From Auanema rhodensis (Eukaryota; Animalia; Nematoda): DNA of 64,000 nt. The translations under genes and the position numbers were made by a program. The DNA is taken from positions 4,774,001-4,838,000 of the forward strand of contig OZ059898.1 in assembly GCA_964057225.1 (NCBI GenBank), written 5' to 3'. This document shows positions 37,801-50,808 of the stretch, piece after piece. The number at the start of each line of letters is the position of its first letter. The first letter of the stretch is position 1. The notes under the pieces were generated by a model. That model did no database searches, was not told the origin of the DNA, and saw only the letters and a list, made by a program, of their open reading frames with translations.

Positions 37801-40186
37801 GAAACTACTAAATTTGAAAATAAGAATAGTATTAGTTCAATAGCATTCAGACCGGTAAAGAAGAGTGTAGCAAAATAAATATGATAGTAATGAAAAGAAA
37901 AGAATTAAAATATATTCACTATTAAATGTTCCAATATCTTAGGTAAAAATGTATTTAGACTATGAGTGATCAAATTTAGTATGAGATACAGGAAGAAAAT
38001 ATCATTTGTAGAATTAGCCAAAGTATAACAAATAGCAAACTATATATATATGTGAAAGTATTAAAAAATATACTTTTCAATATTTGATAAATATGCTAAG
38101 CCATAGAAACAGGAACAAATTTAAAATAATCTGTTTAGTCAAAAATGAATGTATGAAACCAAAAAAAAACGAAGAAAATGGTGAACTTTTACTGGTTTAT
38201 GTTTAATTGTCATCAAACACAAAATGTGAAAGAAAAAAGTCGGTATTCATACTGATATCAGAAAAAAAGCAATCCCAAATGACATTCGGAATTTGCTAAC
38301 GTTATAGTATTCTTTGTGACCAATGTGAGGCCGACAATAAAGACACAAGCCACAAATCACTCCTTCATAACAAATTATGATGTTCTAAGTGTGAAAAGGA
38401 ACGGATAAGAGTTCAAGAAAGTTCGACAACGACATCTTCTCGTTTTCAATATGAGGCGCAATGCTTTTGGTTCACCTGCCATTATCTAAAGATCACTCAT
38501 GAGCAGAGTTAAGCCAATAGACAGAAGACGTCCGGTGGTGTACTGGCAGTCTGTTCGTTGTGTGTATATGCGAACTGCGCCTCCCATACACTCTCTCTGT
38601 CTCACCCTGGCGATCGATAACTAGCCACTGACTCTCCCCCTTCGCTGTGCCATCAATCTATTCATCTATTTCATTCGTTTTGATGCTTTCTGACGATTCT
38701 ACTAATGTTTTTTCTCATTCAGCAACTCGTTTACAAAAGATTTTTTTCAACTTATTTGGAAATAAAAGTAAAAGTGACATTTACGAACTTTATACTATTT
38801 TAGAAATGCCGCTATATTTAAATTAGGAATTCGAACATACACAGCGAGCGCAAAATAACACTAAGCCTCATACAAGAAAATCAAGTGGTAAGTTATGAGA
38901 GAGATTACTTGATAACATTTATCAACGAAATAAATAAATGAGAAAAATGAATTTTATCTCAAATATTACAAACTCCTCTATTGTATCAACTGCGCTAATT
39001 CATCATCAATACGATGAGTTGGATTCATTTTGTCTATTTGCAATGTTTTTACAAACAGTTTCTAAAAACTGTTTGAAGATCAAAGAAAAAATGCATTGTT
39101 AAGCTATACAAAAATGAGAAGAGGGAGAAGGAGCAGACGCAAGCTCTTACAATCTTTTAGCAAACTGTCTTCCACAGTGTTTCTTTTCTGAAAAAAACTT
39201 TTCGAAGACGAAATCAGGCCTCTTTACATAAATTTCCAAAAACTGCGCATTTCCAATTTTTCACAACATCGTTCCACCTTCGAAATAAAACTAAGCAGAT
39301 CAACATATGGTTTCACCATGGAAAAAAGCTCAAAGTATTGTACAATTGAAGCGTAATATCGTTTCAATGCTTAAACATATAATACTCAAATTGAAATACT
39401 TCAAGACATATGTACAACTGCAATCAAGATGAGAAAAAAATTCTTGAATAAGAAAACATGAAAATTTCAAAATCTTGCAAAATAGCAGGTGGATTAAGCT
39501 GAACACAGAACATGAGATTAATTCAACAGAAATAGCTAATGGCAAAGTTTAAGAGCCACACATCATAACATAGCTGCACATTAAACAAACGTTTTAGGAG
39601 TAAATTGCAACTTTCAAATAATATAAATTGGATAAATTCCAATATCAGCTTTGTGAATAAGAAGAAACATTTTCCAATTGAAATTTTTCAGTTATCGTCA
39701 AAGCGAACCACAAGCAGCAACCCACCAAGAAGACCAGAAAACCAGCTATTTCAAATTATCAAGTCATCGGATAGCACATAGAAGCAGCTGGCATATGAAT
39801 GGGAGATTATTTAGTAGATAATCAAAACGGGGTAAAACATAGACCGCTCGTTTCGAGGACCCGAGATACGAAATCCCAAACAGGATTTTTAGCACCAAGA
39901 AGAAATTTTATGGAAACGCATTGACCTAGAATGTCGCGAACAGCCGCATTTGATTCATACGTAGATCAAAATGAATAAAATAATCGTTAAAGTACTTTCG
40001 TGATAGAGAACATTAAACGATGAATTCGTATTGTATATAAATTTAGTATATTTCATAAGAAAAAACAACAACGAAAATAACAACAAAGTTTCCAAACAAA
40101 AAATTAACAATTTCTGTGAATATGAGTCAAATTTGTGAATCAATATAACTTCCTTATTAGTAGATAAAGTTCTCAAAATTTGCAAA

Positions 40187-41162
40187 TTATATAACTCCCC
40201 ACAACTCTTCAATACCACTGGTGACTTTAGCACAGCAAAGAGCAGCACTAAGAGGATAATTACTGATCTTTAAATCTTGCTCAGTGTAATCGCAGACAAT
40301 CTAGAACAAATTCACTTAAATTAGATTAATGTTGATTATTACAAAGAAACATACCTTTCCCTTAGCTATTCCTCCAATTACTACGACAAATGGCTCTTCC
40401 ACCGTTGGATCCACTAACTTATTAGCTGGGATTATTTCAGGTGTATTAAAGGACATTAATACTTTCTTGCATCCAACAGGAAGATAGTTAGTAACTGGAT
40501 TTTTAATAACCTTTGTTAAAAATGACAAGTGTATTTAATAATAAGACAACAAGCTACCTTCAAGAGTCTCTGCGAACTTTCAGCAGCTCGTACAGATAAT
40601 TTATGCAAAAGTTGTACTAAAACTCTGGATTAAAATTTTTCTTTCCGAGGAATGATCTTACCCATAAGACCACAGAATCTATCGAATGTTCTTGGTATTC
40701 TGCATTGCGGATTAACTTCGACTAAAACATTTTTTTGAGTCCGGAAAAAGACCTAAACATTCAATTTAAGAAGAAGACAAACAAAAGTTTTCCCAACCTG
40801 TAACTTTCCAGCTCTGTTCAGAGGGCTATCAAGTAAATTCAATAGGCACTTAACAATTGATATAAACTACTAAGGAAAGAAAAAAAAATTACTTGATGAA
40901 GAATATCAGGTCTATATTCAGATGGGTCTTTCTTGTTTTTCTTCAAGAAAGTAGCGTGCTTCTCACTAGATAATATCACATAATCTTTTCCTAGCTAAAC
41001 GAAAATATAACTACAACACTTTCGCCAACAAAAACTAACCTTAGCAGTTTCTAAGCTACATCCCTCAAGAACAACGTACAAAACTTTTTTTTGTTCTACC
41101 GTCTCATCGGTTTTCATTCGCTTAGAATTGGGTGGTGCAACTGAGTCGTATTCCTCACTCAT
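40187..41162 (-). CDS. EMG1: EMG1/NEP1 18S rRNA pseudouridine N1-methyltransferase
   Basis: Seven short exons: [87 protein letters not shown]...EELWGVI*. Confidence 0.93.
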
Positions 41163-41384
41163 CTTAACAAAACAAAAAATATGATTTTTCCACTCAATTT
41201 CAATAATTACAGATTTAACTGATGAAAGAAACTATTGACTAATTAAAATAATTTATGAAAGTGAAAACTTTTCGGAATAAGATGCAGTAACCACATATTA
41301 GATATTCAAAGTATAATGACAAGTGTACCATGGTGAGTATCAGGTATTACACAAATATATACACAAAATATAATAAAACATTGT

Positions 41385-43810
41385 TCAAACTATATATGTT
41401 TTAGTTTCATTTCTGATTAAATCATCCGCTTGTTTAATAGCAAATTGAGCTTCACGAGTGTCCATACCAAGACTTATACGTCTTTTCATAAAGTTAGTAC
41501 CTGGTGATGCTTTGAGCAAATGACTACTGAACAGGTTTGATCATGATGATTAATAGATGCTAATTAGGAGTAAACATTACCTGCACATTCTGAGCAGTAT
41601 TGAATGAGCACCGATACTATGAAATGCTTCAATACTCTCTAAACTTCTACACATTGTGCAATATTCCTTATAGAGATCATAAAAAACCACTTCATCTAAG
41701 CCGGTAGTACCTAACTGAAGAAGAAAAAATGTTAAACGAACGATTTGAAAATCAAACCTTATTTACAACACATTTGAAAAGAATAAGAGCATGCCTAGGC
41801 AAGGCGCATACTAAGCCTACTCTTACAGTTGATGCCGCTTCTCTGCATGCATCCAATACCTGGAGGTATTACTTGTAATATACATTTAACGGATAAAATA
41901 TAAACAATTATTAAATTTAAAAGAATACTAACATGGGCAATTTCGACTTTGGTAGATGACTTCTCCATGGATATTTCAGTAGCTCTCCGAAGGATATCCA
42001 TGGCTTTTCGGAGATCGCCACTTACAGCAGCAATCTGCAATACTCAATTAATTTTATGCGCAATGCATTGCTGCAGATACCTTTTGTGAAGCAAGTTGTA
42101 CAGCCTCCCTAGCAACGACTTCTTCAGGAAAAACAGAGAGACGGTCCTTAATAATTTGAGAAATCTGATCGAAAGAGTACGGTTGAAACAGCATTCTATT
42201 AGCTCCCTATGTATTCGAATAAAAATAACAACCGTTATATATATATATATACCATTCTACTGTTAATTCGGTGGCTTAACATTCTCTCAGGAAAATCTAG
42301 AGTATTCGCAATTGCTAACACTGTGATTCTTGCTTCGTCCAACGTGGTCCAATTAAATACTTCATATACAATCTATGAAAAATAATATAGAACTTTAAGA
42401 CTTATTTAACTACTTCTTGCTTTTTTGTTACGAGTTGATCCAATTCATCAATCAACAATATAATAGGTAACCTATTTTTCTCAGCTACTTGGAACATGGC
42501 ATTCAATTTATTACTAGCTGAGCTAGGTGATATTTTTTTAGTATTTTTCGTTATTCTGAAACAAGTAACGTATAAAAAATAAGCCTGTAAGTCAAACCCA
42601 TTATATACTTGAACATATAACATTTTAGGCTCCATGAGCTCCATGGCATTTACATAAACTGAGATAAATTTTTTTCCTTCAGCTACCATTTTTTTTAACA
42701 CTGCCATTGTTGACGCAGTTTTACCGGTACCAGGTACACCACTGATATACATAACTTGACTGGTACCACGCTAAAACGGATAGGTTAATTAGAACAATTC
42801 ATGATAGAACTTACTGGAGATACAGCGTGACTTAAGAAATTATGAATTTGCTGAAATTCGCCTTCTCTGCATGGCATTCGTTCAGGAACTTCAGAAGTAT
42901 GCAGCAAATTTCTTAAATCAAACAGAGTCGTTGGCTCCTTTTTCTCCTTTTTACGTCCTTTTTTGGACCTGAAACAATTTCGTTATTTGATTAATTTAAT
43001 ACACTTTAGACAAACACTGTAGGTTTCTCAGAAACACTGTCGACTAGCTCAGCTTGATAAGGGGTGGAATTTGCGGGTACAACTTTGTACATACGAGTAT
43101 CTACTTTTTTTAGATGAAAACGTAACTTAAAAAAACAATTTTTTCTTTACGACAATCCCGGCTACCTCTTTTATCGGATTTTTATCAAGTTTTGAAGCAC
43201 CTACTATTGCATCATAAGGCTGATCTGAGCCGCTTACATTGCTGGAAAAAAATTGCGTTCTTTCTCTTATTTAATTGTACCTCTTAAATAAATTCCTAGT
43301 ACTATTTTTAGTTGTCCCCTTTTTAGCTTTTCCTGAGGATAACTTTGAGAACTGAAAATGTTAATCATTATATAAATTATATTTTGGTTTTTACATCATC
43401 GACAACTATATCAACAGTAGGATGCGCGTTTTCGTCTCCTGCTCCAGCTCTAGTACTGCGGGTCTAAAGCAAGATCAAATCGATGCACTTGCAATTTCAA
43501 CTGCAACCTACATTAAGCCTTCTACCAGATCTAGTTTTTGTAGCTGAACTATTAATCTATAATTTTTTCTTATTAATTTTATTATTAATATCAAATTACG
43601 TCAAGACAGGAGAGTCCTTTCGACAGTTCTTTGGAAGGGGTATCATCTGGCTTAACCGGTGAAGGTTTTTTATTAGGACTTGTGAAACCCAAACCCTGAA
43701 TAATTGAATTTCTAGTACTTGTAGTTTTGTCATTATATTACTTCATTTGTGTCCCCAGCACCTCTTCGTTTTCTTTCAGATCGTCGACACGCCATACTCC
43801 TCGTTGTCAT
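41385..43810 (-). CDS. orc-1: Origin recognition complex subunit 1 (AAA+, winged helix; short low-complexity N-terminus, no BAH domain visible)
   Basis: LHTSEVPERMPCREGEF, Walker A YISGVPGTGKT, Walker B LLIDELDQL, IANTLDFPER, FQPYSFDQI, VSGDLRKAMDILRRA; ATG 43810, stop TGA 41385. ORC1 favoured over CDC6 by the YISGVPGTGKT and PCRE context. Confidence 0.85.
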
Positions 43811-44625
43811 CTTAACATGATGATTAGTTGTTCTTTGAGTTTCTCATAAACACAAAATATCAAATATGATGAGCTAGGATCAAAAATCCAAAAGTAAAAA
43901 CACAGTATTGAATCAATATTCATTGAATACGATTCATGGCAGAAATACAACTTGTAGAACAACAACAATGAAAACAGGGAAAAATGCGGAGCACGCGAGG
44001 GGCAAGACACATGGCCAGCCAAAACGCGACCGCGGGTCCAAAAAAAAAGACCCTTATTATTATGCCAAAAAGGCAACCGAGATGGGAAGGGACAACCATT
44101 TTTTACATGAACTTAATTACACAGGGTTGAACATGACAAGTTGATGTGGAAACTGCCTAAACGGAAAACAACTTCGCTGATCAAAGCAAAAATACAATGG
44201 GATGGAAAACGAAGTTCAAAAACCGCGCAGATGGTAGTAAACCTGATAAAATCATGATCCAACTAGTGCATCACTAGTAGGACTAGTCAATGAAACACCT
44301 TTCTTTGACTACACGTGTAAAAGCCCGTAAAAACAACAATAGTGGACAAGTCACTATGAACTATACGCTCTCGTTATTTCTAGAGACATTGGAAGAGCAT
44401 GTACAATATACAAAGACAAACTCCTGAACAGCTAAAAATGAAAACATGCCAATAGATTTGATTTTCAGAAGAGAAATGCGGATAAAAACTGGTCTATAAA
44501 ATTAATTAATGATTACAATATTCGGTGAAGCCGGCCACAAAACTGAGATCATTACCAGCTTTTTAAATAACATTTCTAAAAAAAAGGTGAATAAAATATG
44601 TGCAAAAGAAAACATACATTTCAAT

Positions 44626-46272
44626 TTAAGGCATTTTGATGTCATCGTCATCAACCAATTGATGGTCGGCAACATACAACTTTGGATCAACAGATTTTGG
44701 AATAGGCTCAATGCGAGTGCGGAGCTCTTGTTCAATACGGCGAAGAGTGTGGCGATCCTCATAAGTGATGAGGTTGATAGCAACTCCCAAATGTCCAAAA
44801 CGTCCAGAACTGAAAAATGCAAAACTTGATGCAATGACCCCATTTTAAAACTAACCGTCCGATTCTGTGAAGATAAGTCTCAGCATTTCTGGGGAAATCG
44901 AAGTTGATAACAACGTTAACAGCTTGGATATCAATACCTGAAGAAAATATAATTTAAAAAAAAAAAAAAACAATTATCTACCTCTGGTAAGCAAATCAGA
45001 ACAAACAAGGTTACGACAATTTCCTTGACGGAAGTCGTGGAAGACACGGTTACGATGATTTTGAGCCATTTTGGAGTGAATATAGTAGCAGGAATATCCA
45101 ATTTCGGTAATCTTTTTGGCGAGAAGCTCTACTCTTTGAGTAGAGTTACAGAAAATAATAGATTGATTGATTTGAAGCTATATATAAACTAATTAAAAAG
45201 TATATGATAAAATAGAAACCTTTCTGAACAAAGTGTTGAGACAGTGAACTTTTTGCTTTTCTTGTACATAAGCGTAGTATTGGGTGACTCCAATAAGAGT
45301 GAGTTCCTACAGATCACAGAAATACAAATATATAAATAATTTTAAAGAAACCTCCATCAAGTTAATCTCGTAAGGCTTTCTCATGTGTTTTTTCATGAAC
45401 TCTGTGACAGTCATGGGGAAGGTTGCAGAGTAAAGCATAATCTGGCGCTCCTTTGGAAGGAAAGAGATCATACGGTCAAGAATACCCTGCATAAATCAAT
45501 TATTATCAAAAAAAAGGTCAAAAGTCTAACCTGGAAATCCTGAGAAAGAAGCTTATCAGCTTCATCAAGAACCAAGGTCTTACATTTTGTTACATCAGCA
45601 ACGCTTTTCTCCATAAGATCCAAAATTCTACCAGGAGTGGCAATAACAAGATGAACAGGTCCATTCAAACGCATAATGTCATCACGAAGATCAGTACCAC
45701 CAGTGGTGACCATAATCTTAAATTGAAAAATTTAAATAGAATATTTTTAAAATTAAAATAATTACCTTAAGCTTCAAATGCTTAGATAACTCAACGCAGA
45801 TCTGAGATGTTTGAAGAGCAAGTTCTCTTGTTGGTACAATAATCAAAGCTTGGATCTTATTAATAGAAGGTTCAATCTTTTCAATAACTGGGATACAATA
45901 AGCTCCAGTTTTACCAGTACCGTTCTTAGCACGAGCCAAGATGTCTTGTCCTGAAAATTCACAATCATTAGCAAAATATTTTTATGATTTTATACCGGAG
46001 AGGGCAACACCAATTGATGCTTCTTGAATTGGACTAGGCTTCTCCCACCCTTTCTCAAAGATTCCCATCAATAAATCACGGCTGAGACAGAAGTCTTCAA
46101 ATTCAACACCTTTTGTATCAGTTACATCCTAAACCAATGAATAATTTTTCAACTATCTCATAAAGCAACATACAGCAGTCTTGAAACGTCTGTCCTTATC
46201 TGGGATGTTAAGATTAGCTTTCCAGTTCTCCTCATTGTTTACGGAGGATTTCGTATCAGTAGCAACGCTCAT
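44626..46272 (-). CDS. cgh-1: DEAD-box RNA helicase DDX6/Dhh1/Me31B ortholog
   Basis: [72 protein letters not shown]; nine exons; TTTTCAG trans-splice acceptor at 46306-46300. Confidence 0.97.
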
Positions 46273-46465
46273 TTTGATAGTTTCAGTCTATTCCAAGCAC
46301 TGAAAATCCAATAAATAATATCGAAAAATAAAGAAAATAATGATATATATAGAGAACGCTAGGTTAATGGAACCTAATGGATGCTGCTGATTTGGTTATG
46401 GGCGGGATCTATTGACTACAATGAGGGCATAGGATACTCAGGCAAAGCAGGGCGCTATGTGCTGG

Positions 46466-46475
46466 GGCGCGAAAA
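46466..46475 (-). promoter_or_regulatory. E2F/DP-like site TTTTCGCGCC in a GC-rich island upstream of cgh-1
   Basis: Match to the TTTCGCGC E2F consensus ~200 bp upstream of the ATG, inside a GC-rich patch (~46380-46520) in AT-rich surroundings. Confidence 0.5.
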
Positions 46476-46860
46476 TCAAATTATCGTTCTAGTCCATCGT
46501 TTTGACAGAAAATATCGCGGTATTTTAAAAACTAGAGAGATTATAAAAGATCGAAATTAAAGTACAATGTTTGAAATACAATAATTATAAAAAAATAATT
46601 TTCGAACTGTTTAATCAAATAATATGTTTTAATCATATAAATAAATGAAAGAAGGACTTTAACGACCATTAAGTGTGTATAAAACATTGATAATTCTTTA
46701 CCAACTAATATAAATTGAAACCCCGAATAGTTATCGACAACAAACCTTGAAATTTTTAATATTTTGTAACACGAACAATTTTTCAGAAATATAACAATAA
46801 CAGAGAAAGAAAAATATAACAACGAATTCATAACAACTAACAAAACAATTTTTGATTTCT

Positions 46861-49506
46861 TTAAAATTTTTTCTTCTTTTTGGGTGCATTTTCCCACTTT
46901 TCTCGATTCCAATCGGCTTGTTGGGTTTGTAATCCTTGCAATAGCCTTTTCGTTTTCTGTTTTCGATCTTTGTCTTTCTCATATGTATCTTTCCGTTGTT
47001 TTCTAAAATATTACACTGAATTAAAGCAAATCTTCTGTAAAGTTTACCGTCCAAGATAAACTGCATCTTTCCGTAACTCCTTGACAGCACCACGCATTTC
47101 TCTCTTGTAAACATGCTGTAACTTTCTTTTCTCATTTTTGTCATTTGACCGTTTAGGTCTTTCTGGATCAAAGTCCCATTCATATTCTGGCTCGAGCATT
47201 TTAAGCATGCTGAAAATATATTTATTATGCTGGAATGAAATATGTAAGGTATACCTTTTTTCTGTTTTAACGTTGCTCAGCTGAGTCAATCTACTACGAG
47301 ATTTGCATTCAGCTTCCATAGATTTGATAAGAATTTCAATCTCTTCTGATAAAGAAGTAGGCAAGTTTTCCACAGGAATTCTTTTTAAAATATTCAAGAT
47401 GGGGCTGCAAAAAACAAAGTAACAAAAAGAAAGTAGGAACATACCTGAAGATAACTTGGAATGAATGCTCATGAACAGCGTATAATATACGATATTTCTG
47501 AATGATGCCAATTGCACTTCTCAAAACCCTACATCGGTTTAGTGAATTATCTTCTAACAGGCTTTCTGAACTTTTTCCTTGATTATAGATTTCTCCCAAA
47601 GCGATAGGTTGAATATCAGTATTTTTATCCATAGGCTAAGAGAAAATAAGTAAATTAATGTAAACAGTTTTAACGAACTTCAGAAATATATAGAATTTCT
47701 CTATGAGGAAGAGATATTGGGAAAACATTCGATGGGCTTCGCTCAGATTCATCATGTTTAACAGCTAGCAATAAAGTTCCTTGTAAGAAAGCAATAGCCT
47801 CGGGAATATAGCTAAAAGTGAAATGTTTATAATTATAATTTTAAAGACAGTGCTAATACCGTTTGCTCTCTTCAACAAAATCTCCAAGAACGGTTACCAA
47901 CATTATTTGTCGAGCTAAAATTGATAAACTCGAAATCAAAACATTGGATAATGTTAAGCAAGCCAACGTAAAGCTAGGAGTGCACACTGGGTGCCATCTA
48001 TCACTAGCTGGATACAACGAAGATACCATCCTATACATTGAATAATAGAGAATAAAAAAATTAACAGAAATACCTCATAAGTGCTACAACACCAAAAGAA
48101 GGGGGACCTTGCCTGTCTTTTTCACTTCTTAACTTCCAGTGTTGTCTTATTAGAGCACGAACACACCGAACACCATAATCTATGTCATACTGAATATTGT
48201 TTATTATAGAGAAACATTTCGATTATAAAAAATACCTTCATCAGACGGTAAAGAACATTAATCAACACTCCCACGACCGTTAGGTTTTCCTTTGTAATCT
48301 CTTGATTTATAGTAACATCATCAAAATATCTCAAGATCAATAAAAAAAGCTTGGCAAGAAGTTTTTTGTTTCCTTCTTTCAATCCAGGGTGATGGCATTT
48401 AATCAATCTGGATGTTTTTCATTATAAAATAATCATAAGCTTGTAAAACTGTCTGACTTACCTTTCAAAAACGGTATTAAGGTCTGATAGATATTTTTTG
48501 ATGAAGGCAGATAACTCTTTCAAGTTTTTGGGCATATCAAACACAAAGGGAATAGAAGTATTAGTCCCCGTTTTAAGTAATACTTGATCTACAACAGAAA
48601 TACTAAACTTATACAATGCTAAAAAAAAACCTAAGTTGGCTCTCATTCCTTTTTTTGAAATAGGTGTTTCATTATCCTCCTCCTCATCTTCTTCCTCCCC
48701 CTCCTCTTCATCTTCATCTTCGTCTTCTTCATCCATGAGATCATCAAGTTCTTCTTCGTTATCTTCTTCATCATCTTCATCTGATAACTCATCATCCGAA
48801 TCAATTGCTACTTTTGTAATAGAAGCTTTTTCCACCTGTTCAAAACAATAGGTGAGGAGTCCAATAAATATGATAGAATCACCTTATTTTTTCCAATGAG
48901 TTCTCCTTTGCTATCAAAGCGAACAACAAAACTTTTTTTATCCTTTTTCGACGAGACAAGCTCACCAACATCTATATCAGCAGAAATATGGGTGTTTTTG
49001 TTCTTCTGGAAGTTATAGATGAGGTTGATATATTTTCAAAACCAATACCTCCGTATTCATTCTGGCAATACGTTGATTTTCTAAATCTTCCAAGTTGCTC
49101 ATTTCTTCTGCAGCCAATTCTTCTTCGGTTTTCAATCTTTCTGCTGGGGTTGCTCTAGCATCAGAATCCAATTTTAAAGTGAAAGCCTTAATTTCCAGAA
49201 ATAGTACCATTCAAAGTAAATTTACATACTAGTGTATCATAATCATCCTTTTCACTTTTTTCATTCTTAGTAGCGCCAACCGGCCTGAATGTTTTCTGCA
49301 TTTTCCCTAATAATTGAGTGAACTTTTGATCGAGATTATCCGTAATATTTTCCTAAACAATCGAATGTTAAAAGTATAAAACAAAAAATATCACAATTTC
49401 ATCTTTAGCCATAGCTTTTTCTTGTCGAGCCTGTTTAGTCTTGGCAATTAATTCAGCGATAGCATCTTTTCTAAACACGAGGAAAAGGTAAAACATCTAT
49501 GTATCA

Positions 49507-49565
<59 letters not shown>

Positions 49566-50351
49566 TTGTTATACCTTGATTTCCTCCCAGTCTCATCTGT
49601 ACCACTTCCAAAATGAGCTGCAGTGACCTGAAAATAATATACTGGTATTTCTTTCTAGACTATAATTTTTACAATATCTGCTCCGAGATTTCCAGCACCA
49701 TCGTCTTCATCATCAGACATAATAGTTTTATCATACTTTTGAATGTCTGTTAAGGCTTTTCCACCATGAGTAAGCAGGTCTTAATACAGTAGTTTATAGT
49801 TAACTAACAACAAAATATATTACCGATATCATCGTCATCAACTAAATTGAATTTGCTAACTTTCTTGAAATTTTTTAAACGCTCAGCTGTGAAACTAAAA
49901 TAAGTCTGTGAATATGACAAATTCACAATATATTATACACATCTACACAGTTACTATTTTAAAAAATCTTACCGAAGCGAAGCCTTTTCCTCTTCTGTTA
50001 TATTCTCATCTTTAGCTCCAATTCGCTTATCAACAACCTATAAAATATATTTGTTATTTTGAAAAACATAGTAATTAATTTACCTTATTTGTTTTTCCAA
50101 ATTGCTGATACTCAGCTCCTAGAGTTTGTTCTCTGAAAGCAAATGCCTTTTTCTTAGATAAACCAGGGCGACCGCCTTCATTCTTGTTTTTTTTCTTTCC
50201 CAGAACCTAAAAATGTCAATTTAATTCTAAAACTTAGAACATTTTAACTTACATTGTGCTTTACTTTATTAAACTTTAACTCGAAGGGGTTAACCTTCTG
50301 CTCATTTTTTGATTTTGAGCTTCCTCCCTTTTTTTTATTTGAGATTACCAT
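46861..50351 (-). CDS. NOP14: Nucleolar protein 14 (SSU processome)
   Basis: NPFELKFNKVKHNVLG, GRPGLSK, VVDKRIG, LLTHGGKALTDI, RATPAERLKTEEELA, acidic tract, FPASD-like YPASDRWHPVCTP, KREMRGAVKELRKDA, ends KKKKKF*. Confidence 0.93.
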
Positions 50352-50808
50352 ATCTGAAAACTAATTAGTATTACATTATACTCGAAAAATTCAAAATATA
50401 GCAATATAAAATTATAATTATGTTAACCTAATCAGTATAGCTTAAAAAAATTAAAATATATTCCTCTTCGGTTCCTTTTATACATTATCGCTGACTTACC
50501 GTAATCGAGAAAACCATTCGTAAAAATTCTAAGCTTTATATTCAAATATACAAATGACAAGAGTTGTCTTACGTACTTGTAGCTTTATGAAAGTTTAATA
50601 GTAAATTCATCTTATGTATATTCTTCTTATTGTGCAATAGTAAAGTTTATCATTTTGTTTCATAATTTTTTGAAGTTTTATAAGTTAACAAACAATGAAT
50701 CACTTTGTTTCAGTTGTTATACGCTGTGTAGTTTATTTCAATTAGAACTTAGCAATGAATGTAGGTTTCAATTAATTTTTTGATAAGGACTTGTATACAC
50801 TCAGGATA

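Noticed and set aside
48636-48851. Poly-Ser ORF on the plus strand
   Set aside because: Antisense shadow of the Asp/Glu tract of NOP14.
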